From: the human T2T-CHM13v2.0 reference genome, Homo sapiens
Reading direction: 5' to 3' (one strand)
NCBI RefSeq assembly: GCF_009914755.1
Contig: NC_060944.1
DNA: 64,000 nt
The notes beneath the pieces were generated by a model. It saw only the letters and a program-made list of their open reading frames with translations. It was not told the DNA's origin and made no database searches. The translations under genes were made by a program, and so were the position numbers. This document shows, one piece after another, positions 1 through 11,600 of the stretch (positions are counted from its first letter, which is position 1; every line of letters starts with the position of its first letter).

Positions 1-76
1 CTCCTCTGTGACGTCAATGCAAACTTCCCAAAGAAGTTTCTGAGAATGCTTCTGTCTGGATTTTATCTGAAGACAA

Positions 77-93
77 TCCCGTTTCCAACGAAA
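77..93 (-). promoter_or_regulatory. CENP-B box 1 of the HOR (recurs in each HOR)
   Basis: tcccgtttccaacgaaa = reverse complement of TTTCGTTGGAAACGGGA, matching YTTCGTTGGAARCGGGA. Confidence 0.96.
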
Positions 94-414
94 TCCTCAA
101 AGATATGCAAATATGCTCCTGCAGATTCTACAAAAAGAGTGTTTCAAAACTGCTCTATGAAAAGAAAGGTTCGACTCTGTTAGTAGAGGGCACACATCAC
201 AAACAAGTTGCCGAGAATGCTTCTGTCTGGTTTTTATGGGAAGATATTTCCTTTTCCAACACAAGCCTGAATGCGCTCCAAATGGACACTTCCAGATACG
301 ACAAAAGGAGTGTTTCAAAGCTGTTCTATGAAAGGGAACGTTCCATTCTGTGACTTGAATGCAAACATCACCAAGTAGTTTCTCAAAACGCTGCTGTCTG
401 CTTTTTATATGTAT

Positions 415-431
415 TCCCGTTTCCAACGAAA
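415..431 (-). promoter_or_regulatory. CENP-B box 2 of the HOR
   Basis: tcccgtttccaacgaaa, exact 17-mer. Confidence 0.96.
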
Positions 432-585
432 TCGTCAAAGCCAGCCAAATATCCACTTGCAGGTTCCACAAAAAGAGTGTGTCAAAACTGCTCTCTCAAA
501 AGACATGTTCAACTCTGTCAGTTGAGGACACACATCACAAAGAAGTTTGTGAGAATGCTTCTGTCTAGTTTTTATGGGAAGATAT

Positions 586-602
586 TTCCTTTTTCACCAT
601 AG
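586..602 (-). promoter_or_regulatory. pJalpha motif of an A-type monomer
   Basis: ttcctttttcaccatag at the position homologous to the CENP-B box, 171 bp from the boxes at 415 and 757; the other three A monomers carry degenerate versions. Confidence 0.8.
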
Positions 603-756
603 GCCACAACGCGCTCCACATGTCCACTTCCAGGGAATGGAAAAAGAGTGTTTCCAACCTGCTCTATGAAAGCCAATGTTCAACTCCGTGACTTGAATGC
701 AACCATCACAAGGAAGTTTCTGAGAATGCTTCTGTCTCGATTTTATATGAAGATAT

Positions 757-773
757 TCCCGTTTCCAACGAAA
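757..773 (-). promoter_or_regulatory. CENP-B box 3 of the HOR
   Basis: tcccgtttccaacgaaa, exact 17-mer. Confidence 0.96.
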
Positions 774-1094
774 TCCTCAAAGCTATCCAAATATCCACTT
801 GGAGATTCTACAAAAAGAGTGTTTCAAAACTGCTCTATCAAAAGAAAGGTTCTACTCCATCAGTTGAGGACACACATCACGAGTAAGTTTCTGACAATGC
901 TTCTGTCTAGTTTTTATGGGAAGATATGTCCTTTTTCACCTTAGGCCGGAAAGCGCTCCAAAAGTCCAGTTACAGACACTACAAAAAGAGTGTTTCAAAC
1001 CTGCTCTGTGAAAGGGAATGTTCAATTCTGTGACTTGAATGCAAACATCACAAAGAAGTTGCTGAGAATGCTGCTGTCTGCTTTTTATACCTTA

Positions 1095-1111
1095 TCCCGT
1101 TTCCAACGAAA
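1095..1111 (-). promoter_or_regulatory. CENP-B box 4 of the HOR
   Basis: tcccgtttccaacgaaa, exact 17-mer. Confidence 0.96.
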
Positions 1112-4100
1112 TCCTCAAATCTAGCCAAATATCCACTTGCAGACTCCACAAAAAGAGTGTTTCAAAACTGTACTGTCAAAAGAAATGTTCAACTGTGTTA
1201 GTTGAGGACACACATCAGAGACTAGCTTCTGAGAATGCTTCTGTCCAGTTGTTAAGGGAAGATATTTCCTTTTTCAACATAGGCCTGAAACCGCTTCAAA
1301 TGTCCACTTCCAGATACTGCAAAGAGAGTGTTTCAAACCTTCTCTATGAAAGGGCATGTTCTCCTCTGTGACGTCAATGCAAACATCCCAAAGAAGTTTC
1401 TGAGAATGCTTCTGTCTGGATTTTATCTGAAGACAATCCCGTTTCCAACGAAATACTCAAAGATATGCAAATATGCTCCTGCAGATTCTACAAAAAGAGT
1501 GTTTCAAAACTGCTCTATGAAAAGAAAGGTTCGACTCTGTTAGTAGAGGGCACACATCACAAACAAGTTGCCGAGAATGCTTCTGTCTGGTTTTTATGGG
1601 AAGATATTTCCTTTTCCAACACAAGCCTGAATGCGCTCCAAATGGACACTTCCAGATACGACAAAAGGAGTGTTTCAAAGCTGTTCTATGAAAGGGAACG
1701 TTCCATTCTGTGACTTGAATGCAAACATCACCAAGTAGTTTCTCAGAACGCTGCTGTCTGCTTTTTATATGTATTCCCGTTTCCAACGAAATCGTCAAAG
1801 CCAGCCAAATATCCACTTGCAGGTTCCACAAAAAGAGTGTGTCAAAACTGCTCTCTCAAAAGACATGTTCAACTCTGTCAGTTGAGGACACACATCACAA
1901 AGAAGTTTGTGAGAATGCTTCTGTCTAGTTTTTATGGGAAGATATTTCCTTTTTCACCATAGGCCACAACGCGCTCCACATGTCCACTTCCAGGGAATGG
2001 AAAAAGAGTGTTTCCAACCTGCTCTATGAAAGCCAATGTTCAACTCCGTGACTTGAATGCAACCATCACAAGGAAGTTTCTGAGAATGCTTCTGTCTCGA
2101 TTTTATATGAAGATATTCCCGTTTCCAACGAAATCCTCAAAGCTATCCAAATATCCACTTGGAGATTCTACAAAAAGAGTGTTTCAAAACTGCTCTATCA
2201 AAAGAAAGGTTCTACTCCATCAGTTGAGGACACACATCACGAGTAAGTTTCTGACAATGCTTCTGTCTAGTTTTTATGGGAAGATATGTCCTTTTTCACC
2301 TTAGGCCGGAAAGCGCTCCAAAAGTCCAGTTACAGACACTACAAAAAGAGTGTTTCAAACCTGCTCTGTGAAAGGGAATGTTCAATTCTGTGACTTGAAT
2401 GCAAACATCACAAAGAAGTTGCTGAGAATGCTGCTGTCTGCTTTTTATACCTTATCCCGTTTCCAACGAAATCCTCAAATCTAGCCAAATATCCACTTGC
2501 AGACTCCACAAAAAGAGTGTTTCAAAACTGTACTGTCAAAAGAAATGTTCAACTGTGTTAGTTGAGGACACACATCAGAGACTAGCTTCTGAGAATGCTT
2601 CTGTCCAGTTGTTACGGGAAGATATTTCCTTTTTCAACATAGGCCTGAAACCGCTTCAAATGTCCGCTTCCAGATACTGCAAAGAGAGTGTTTCAAACCT
2701 TCTCTACGAAAGGGCATGTTCTCCTCTGTGACGTCAATGCAAACATCCCAAAGAAGTTTCTGAGAATGCTTCTGTCTGGATTTTATCTGAAGACAATCCC
2801 GTTTCCAACGAAATCCTCAAAGATATGCAAATATGCTCCTGCAGATTCTACAAAAAGAGTGTTTCAAAACTGCTCTATGAAAAGAAAGGTTCGACTCTGT
2901 TAGTAGAGGGCACACATCACAAACAAGTTGCCGAGAATGCTTCTGTCTGGTTTTTATGGGAAGATATTTCCTTTTCCAACACAAGCCTGAATGCGCTCCA
3001 AATGGACACTTCCAGATACGACAAAAGGAGTGTTTCAAAGCTGTTCTATGAAAGGGAACGTTCCATTCTGTGACTTGAATGCAAACATCACCAAGTAGTT
3101 TCTCAGAACGCTGCTGTCTGCTTTTTATATGTATTCCCGTTTCCAACGAAATCGTCAAAGCCAGCCAAATATCCACTTGCAGGTTCCACAAAAAGAGTGT
3201 GTCAAAACTGCTCTCTCAAAAGACATGTTCAACTCTGTCAGTTGAGGACACACATCACAAAGAAGTTTGTGAGAATGCTTCTGTCTAGTTTTTATGGGAA
3301 GATATTTCCTTTTTCACCATAGGCCACAAAGCGCTCCACATGTCCACTTCCAGGGAATGGAAAAAGAGTGTTTCCAACCTGCTCTATGAAAGCGAATGTT
3401 CAACTCCGTGACTTGAATGCAACCATCACAAGGAAGTTTCTGAGAATGCTTCTGTCTAGATTTTATATAAAGATATTCCCGTTTCCAACGAAATCCTCAA
3501 AGCTATCCAAATATCCACTTGGAGATTCTACAAAAAGAGTGTTTCAAAACTGCTCTATCAAAAGAAAGGTTCTACTCCGTCAGTTGAGGACACACATCAC
3601 GAGTAAGTTTCTGACAATGCTTCTGTCTAGGTTTTATGGGAAGATATGTCCTTCTTCACCTTTGGCCGGAAAGCGCTCCAAAAGTCCAGTTACAGACACT
3701 ACAAAAAGAATGTTTCAAACCTGCTCTGTGAAAGGCAATATTCAATTCTGTGACTTGAATGCAAACATCACAAAGAAGTTACTGAGAATGCTGCTGTCTG
3801 CTTTTTCTACCTTATCCCGTTTCCAACGAAATCCTCAAATCTAGCCAAATATCCACTTGCAGACTCCACAAAAAGAGTGTTTCAAAACTGTACTGTCAAA
3901 AGAAATGTTCAACTGTGTTAGTTGAGGACACACATCAGAGACTAGCTTCTGAGAATGCTTCTGTCCAGTTGTTACGGGAAGATATTTCCTTTTTCAACAT
4001 AGGCGTGAAACCGCTTCAAATGTCCACTTCCAGATACTGCAAAGAGAGTGTTTCAAACCTTCTCTGTGAAAGGGCATGTTCTCCTCTGTGACGTCAATGC

Positions 4101-5659
4101 AAACTTCCCAAAGAAGTTTCTGAGAATGCTTCTGTCTGGATTTTATCTGAAGACAATCCCGTTTCCAACGAAATCCTCAAAGATATGCAAATATGCTCCT
4201 GCAGATTCTACAAAAAGAGTGTTTCAAAACTGCTCTATGAAAAGAAAGGTTCGACTCTGTTAGTAGAGGGCACACATCACAAACAAGTTGCCGAGAATGC
4301 TTCTGTCTGGTTTTTATGGGAAGATATTTCCTTTTCCAACACAAGCCTGAATGCGCTCCAAATGGACACTTCCAGATACGACAAAAGGAGTGTTTCAAAG
4401 CTGTTCTATGAAAGGGAACGTTCCATTCTGTGACTTGAATGCAAACATCACCAAGTAGTTTCTCAAAACGCTGCTGTCTGCTTTTTATATGTATTCCCGT
4501 TTCCAACGAAATCGTCAAAGCCAGCCAAATATCCACTTGCAGGTTCCACAAAAAGAGTGTGTCAAAACTGCTCTCTCAAAAGACATGTTCAACTCTGTCA
4601 GTTGAGGACACACATCACAAAGAAGTTTGTGAGAATGCTTCTGTCTAGTTTTTATGGGAAGATATTTCCTTTTTCACCATAGGCCACAACGCGCTCCACA
4701 TGTCCACTTCCAGGGAATGGAAAAAGAGTGTTTCCAACCTGCTCTATGAAAGCCAATGTTCAACTCCGTGACTTGAATGCAACCATCACAAGGAAGTTTC
4801 TGAGAATGCTTCTGTCTCGATTTTATATGAAGATATTCCCGTTTCCAACGAAATCCTCAAAGCTATCCAAATATCCACTTGGAGATTCTACAAAAAGAGT
4901 GTTTCAAAACTGCTCTATCAAAAGAAAGGTTCTACTCCATCAGTTGAGGACACACATCACGAGTAAGTTTCTGACAATGCTTCTGTCTAGTTTTTATGGG
5001 AAGATATGTCCTTTTTCACCTTAGGCCGGAAAGCGCTCCAAAAGTCCAGTTACAGACACTACAAAAAGAGTGTTTCAAACCTGCTCTGTGAAAGGGAATG
5101 TTCAATTCTGTGACTTGAATGCAAACATCACAAAGAAGTTGCTGAGAATGCTGCTGTCTGCTTTTTATACCTTATCCCGTTTCCAACGAAATCCTCAAAT
5201 CTAGCCAAATATCCACTTGCAGACTCCACAAAAAGAGTGTTTCAAAACTGTACTGTCAAAAGAAATGTTCAACTGTGTTAGTTGAGGACACACATCAGAG
5301 ACTAGCTTCTGAGAATGCTTCTGTCCAGTTGTTAAGGGAAGATATTTCCTTTTTCAACATAGGCCTGAAACCGCTTCAAATGTCCACTTCCAGATACTGC
5401 AAAGAGAGTGTTTCAAACCTTCTCTATGAAAGGGCATGTTCTCCTCTGTGACGTCAATGCAAACATCCCAAAGAAGTTTCTGAGAATGCTTCTGTCTGGA
5501 TTTTATCTGAAGACAATCCCGTTTCCAACGAAATACTCAAAGATATGCAAATATGCTCCTGCAGATTCTACAAAAAGAGTGTTTCAAAACTGCTCTATGA
5601 AAAGAAAGGTTCGACTCTGTTAGTAGAGGGCACACATCACAAACAAGTTGCCGAGAATG

Positions 5660-8600
5660 CTGCTGTCTGGTTTTTATGGGAAGATATTTCCTTTTCCAAC
5701 ACAAGCCTCAATGCGCTCCAAATGGACACTTCCAGATACAACAAAAGGAGTGTTTCAAAGCTGTTCTATGAAAGGGAACGTTCCATTCTGTGACTTGAAT
5801 GCAAACATCACCAAGTAGTTTCTCAGAACGCTGCTGTCTGCTTTTTATATGTATTCCCGTTTCCAACGAAATCGTCAAAGCCAGCCAAATATCCACTTGC
5901 AGGTACACAAAAAGAGTGTGTCAAAACTGCTCTCTCAAAAGACATGTTCAACTCTGTCAGTTGAGGACACACATCACAAAGAAGTTTGTGAGAATGCTTC
6001 TGTCTAGTTTTTATGGGAAGATATTTCCTTTTTCACCATAGGCCTCAAAGCGCTCCAAATGTCCACTTCCAGGGAATGGAAAAAGAGTGTTTCCAACCTG
6101 CTCTATGAAAGCCAATGTTCAACTCCGTGACTTGAATGCAACCATCACAAGGAAGTTTCTGAGAATGCTTCTGTCTAGATTTTATATGAAGATATTCCCG
6201 TTTCCAACGAAATCCTCAAAGCTATCCAAATATCCACTTGGAGATTCTACAAAAAGAGTGTTTCAAAACTGCTCTATCAAAAGAAAGGTTCTACTCCGTC
6301 AGTTGAGGACACACATCACGAGTAAGTTTCTGACAATGCTTCTGTCTAGTTTTTATGGGAAGATATGTCCTTTTTCACCTTAGGCCGGAAAGCGCTCCAA
6401 AGTCCAGTTACAGACAATACAAAAAGACTGTTTCAAACCTGCTCTGTGAAAGGGAATGTTCAATTCTGTGACTTGAATGCAAACATCACAAAGAAGTTGC
6501 TGAGAATGCTGCTGTCTGCTTTTTAAACCTTATCCCGTTTCCAACGAAATCCTCAAATCTAGCCAAATATCCACTTGCAGACTCCACAAAAACAGTGCTT
6601 CAAAACTGTACTGTCAAAAGAAATGTTCAACTCTGTTAGTTGAGGACACACATCAGAGACTAGCTTCTGAGAATGCTTCTGTCCAGTTGTTACGGGAAGA
6701 TATTTCCTTTTTCAACATAGGCCTGAAACCGCTTCAAATGTCCACTTCCAGATACTGCAAAGAGAGTGTTTCAAACCTTCTCTATGAAAGGGCATGTTCT
6801 CCTCTGTGACGTCAACGCAAACATCCCAAAGAAGTTTCTGAGAATGCTTCTGTCTGGATTTTATCTGAAGACAATCCCGTTTCCAACGAAATCCTCAATG
6901 ATATGCAAATATGCTCCTGCAGATTCTACAAAAAGAGTGTTTCAAAACTGCTCTATGAAAAGAAAGGTTCGACTCTGTTAGTAGAGAGCACACATCACAA
7001 ACAAGTTGCCGAGAATGATTCTGTCTGGTTTTTATGGGAAGATATTTCCTTTTCCAACACAAGCCTGAAAGCGCTTCAAATGGACACTTCCAGATACGAC
7101 AAAAGGAGTGTTTCAAAGCTGTTCTATGAAAGGGAACGTTCCATTCTGTGACTTGAATGCAAACATCACCAAGTAGTTTCTCAGAACGCTGCTGTCTGCT
7201 TTTTATATGTATTCCCGTTTCCAACGAAATCGTCAAAGCCAGCCAAATATCCACTTGCAGGTTCCACAAAAAGAGTGTGTCAAAACTGCTCTCTCAAAAG
7301 ACATGTTCAACTCTGTCAGTTGAGGACACACATCACAAAGAAGTTTGTGAGAATGCTTCTGTCTAGTTTTTATGGGAAGATATTTCCTTTTTCACCATAG
7401 GCCTCAAAGCGCTCCACATGTCCACTTCCAGGGAATGGAAAAAGAGTGTTTCCAACCTGCTCTATGAAAGCGAATGTTCAACTCCGTGACTTCAATGCAA
7501 CCATCACAAGGAAGTTTCTGAGAATGCTTCTGTCTAGATTTTATATGAAGATATTCCCGTTTCCAACGAAATCCTCAAAGCTATCCATATATCCACTTGG
7601 AGATTCTACAAAAAGAGTGTTTCAAAACTGCTCTATCAAAAGAAAGGTTCTACTCCGTCAGTTGAGGACACACATCACGAGTAAGTTTCTGACACTGCTT
7701 CTGTCTAGTTTTTATGGGAAGATATGTCCTTTTTCACCTTAGGCCGGAAAGCGCTCCAAAAGTCCAGTTACAGACACTACAAAAAGAGTGTTTCAAACCT
7801 GCTCTGTGAAAGGGAATGTTCCATTCTGTGACTTGAATGCAAACATCACAAAGAAGTTGCTGAGAATGCTGCTGTCTGCTTTTCATACCTTATCCCGTTT
7901 CCAACGAAATCCTCAAATCCAGCCAAATATCCACTTGCAGACTCCACAAAAAGAGTGTTTCAAAACTGTACTGTCAAAAGAAATGTTCAACTGCGTTAGT
8001 TGAGGACACAGATCAGAGACTAGCTTCTGAGAATGCTTCTGTCCAGTTGTTACGGGAAGATATTTCCTTTTTCAACATAGGCCTGAAACCGCTTCAAATG
8101 TCCACTTCCAGGTACTGCAAAGAGAGTGTTTCAAACCTTCTCTACGAAAGGGCATGTTCTCCTCAGTGACGTCAATGCAAACATCCCCAAGAAGTTTCTG
8201 AGAATGCTTCTGTCTGGATTTTATCTGAAGACAATCCCGTTTCCAACGAAATCCTCAAAGATATGCAAATATGCTCCTGCAGATTCTACAAAAAGAGTGT
8301 TTCGAAACTGCTCTAATAAAAGAAAGGTTCAACACTGTTAGTAGAGGGCACACATCACAAACAAGTTGCTGAGAATGCTTCTGTCTGGTTTTTATGGGAA
8401 GATATTTCCTTTTCCAACACAAGCCTGAATGCGCTCCAAATGGACACTTCCAGATACGACAAAAGGAGTGTTTCAAACCTGTTCTGTGAAAGGGAACGTT
8501 CCATTCTGTGACTTGAATGCAAACATCACCAAGTAGTTTCTCAGAACGCTGCTGTCTGCTTTTTATATGTATTCCCGTTTCCAACGAAATCGTCAAAGCC

Positions 8601-11600
8601 AGCCAAATATCCACTTGCAGGTTCCACAAAAAGAGTGTTTCAAAACTGCTCTCTCAAAAGACATGTTCAACTCTGTCAGTTGAGGACACACATCACAAAG
8701 AAGTTTCTGAGAATGCTTCTGTCTAGTTTTTATGGGAAGATATTTCCTTTTTCACCATAGGCCTCAAAGCGCTCCAAATGTCCACTTCCAGAAAATGGAA
8801 AATGAGTGTTTCCAACCTGCTCTATGAAAGCGAATGTTCAACTCCGTGACTTGAATGCAACCATCACAAGGAAGTTTCTGAGAATGCTTCTGTCTAGATT
8901 TTATATGAAGATATTCCCGTTTCCAACGATATCCTCAAAGCTATCCAAATATCCACTTGGAGATTCTACAAAAAGAGTTTTTCAAAACTGCTCTATCAAA
9001 AGAAAGGTTCTACTCCGTCAGTTGAGGACACACATCACGAGTAAGTTTCTGACAATGCTTCTGTCTAGTTTTTATGGGAAGATATGTCCTTTTTCACCTT
9101 AGGCCGGAATGTGCTGCAAAAGTCCAGTTACAGACACTACAAAAAGAATGTTTCAAACCTGCTCTGTGAAAGGGAATGTTCCATTCTGTGACTTGAATGC
9201 AAACATCACAAAGAAGTTACTGAGAATGCTGCTGTCTGCTTTTTATACCTTATCCCGTTTCCAACGAAATCCTCAAATCTAGCCAAATATCCACTTGCAG
9301 ACTCCACAAAAAGAGTGTTTCAAAACTGTACTGTCAAAAGAAATGTTCAACTGTGTTAGTTGCGGACACACATCAGAGACTAGCTTCTGAGAATGCTTCT
9401 GTCCAGTTGTTACGGGAAGATATTTCCTTTTTCAACATAGGCCTGAAACCGCTTCAAATGTCCACTTCCAGATACTGCAAAGAGAGTGTTTCAAACCTTC
9501 TCTACGAAAGGGCATGTTCTCCTCTGTGACGTCAATGCAAACATCCCAAAGAAGTTTCTGAGAATGCTTCTGTCTGGATTTTATCTGAAGACAATCCCGT
9601 TTCCAACGAAATCCTCAAAGATATGCAAATATGCTCCTGCAGATTCTACAAAAAGAGTGTTTCAAAACTGCTCTACGAAAAGAAAGGTTCGACTCTGTTA
9701 GTAGAGGGCACACATCACAAACAAGTTGCCGAGAATGCTGCTGTCTGGTTTTTATGGGAAGATATTTCCTTTTCCAACACAAGCCTGAATGCGCTCCAAA
9801 TCGACACTTCCAGATACAACAAAAGGAGTGTTTCAAAGCTGTTCTATGAAAGGGAAGGTTCCATTCTGTGACTTGAATGCAAACATCACCAAGTAGTTTC
9901 TCAGAACGCTGCTGTCTGCTTTTTATATGTATTCCCGTTTCCAACGAAATCGTCAAAGCCAGCCAAATATCCACTTGCAGGTTCCACAAAAAGAGTGTTT
10001 CAAAACTGCTCTCTCAAAAGACATGTTCAACTCTGTCAGTTGAGGACACACATCACAAAGAAGTTTGTGAGAATGCTTCTGTCTAGTTTTTATGGGAAGA
10101 TATTTCCTTTTTCACCATAGGCCTCAAAGCGCTCCAAATGTCCACTTCCAGGGAATGGAAAAAGAGTGTTTCCAACCTGCTCTATGAAAGCCAATGTTCA
10201 ACTCCGTGACTTGAATGCAACCATCACAAGGAAGTTTCTGAGAATGCTTCTGTCTAGATTTTATATGAAGATATTCCCGTTTCCAACGAAATCCTCAAAG
10301 CTATCCAAATATCCACTTGGAGATTCTACAAAAAGAGTGTTTCAAAACTGCTCTATCAAAAGAAAGGTTCTACTCCGTCAGTTGAGGACACACATCACGA
10401 GTAAGTTTCTGACAATGCTTCTGTCTAGTTTTTATGGGAAGATATGTCCTTTTTCACCTTAGGCCGGAAAGTGCTCCAAAGTCCAGTTACAGACAATACA
10501 AAAAGAGTGTTTCAAACCTGCTCTGTGAAAGGGAATGTTCAATTCTGTGACTTGAAGGCAAACATCACAAAGAAGTTGCTGAGAATGCTGCTGTCTGCTT
10601 TTTAAACCTTATCCCGTTTCCAACGAAATCCTCAAATCTAGCCAAATATCCACTTGCAGACTCCACAAAAACAGTGCTTCAAAACTGTACTGTCAAAAGA
10701 AATGTTCAACTCTGTTAGTTGAGGACACACATCAGAGACTAGCTTCTGAGAATACTTCTGTCCAGTTGTTACGGGAAGATATTTCCTTTTTCAACATAGG
10801 CCTGAAACCGCTTCAAATGTCCACTTCCAGATACTGCAAAGAGAGTGTTTCAAACCTTCTCTATGAAAGGGCATGTTCTCCTCTGTGACGTCAACGCAAA
10901 CATCCCAAAGAAGTTTCTGAGAATGCTTCTGTCTGGATTTTATCTGAAGACAATCCCGTTTCCAACGAAATCCTCAAAGCTATGCAAATATGCTCCTGCA
11001 GATTCTACAAAAAGAGTGTTTCAAAACTCCTCTATGAAAAGAAAGGTTCGACTCTGTTAGTAGAGAGCACACATCACAAACAAGTTGCCGAGAATGATTC
11101 TGTCTGGTTTTTATGGGAAGATATTTCCTTTTCCAACACAAGCCTGAAAGCGCTTCAAATGGACACTTCCAGATACGACAAAAGGAGTGTTTCAAAGCTG
11201 TTCTATGAAAGGGAACGTTCCATTCTGTGACTTGAATGCAAACATCACCAAGTAGTTTCTCAGAACGCTGCTGTCTGCTTTTTATATGTATTCCCGTTTC
11301 CAACGAAATCGTCAAAGCCAGCCAAATATCCACTTGCAGGTTCCACAAAAAGAGTGTGTCAAAACTGCTCTCTCAAAAGACATGTTCAACTCTGTCAGTT
11401 GAGGACACACATCACAAAGAAGTTTGTGAGAATGCTTCTGTCTAGTTTTTATGGGAAGATATTTCCTTTTTCACCATAGGCCTCAAAGCGCTCCACATGT
11501 CCACTTCCAGGGAATGGAAAAAGAGTGTTTCCAACCTGCTCTATGAAAGCGAATGTTCAACTCCGTGACTTCAATGCAACCATCACAGGGAAGTTTCTGA

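Larger units (their letters stand above)
1..1360 (-). repeat. One representative 8-monomer HOR unit (4 dimers of 338/342/338/342 bp)
   Basis: Sequence at 1 recurs at 1361 and 2721; CENP-B boxes start at 77, 415, 757, 1095 and 1437. Confidence 0.95.
1..5600. repeat. 3-HOR super-repeat A (period 4080 bp), ~1.4 copies visible, probably continuing left of the window
   Basis: Private variants aaacTtccca (21/4101), tctcaAaacg (381/4461), gttaAgggaa (1251/5331) and aaatActcaa (1451/5531) recur at exactly 4080 bp. Confidence 0.9.

Noticed and set aside
38-46. TTCTGAGAA dyad (STAT/GAS-like) in most monomers
   Set aside because: A generic part of the alpha-satellite consensus, not specific to this array, with no evidence of function here
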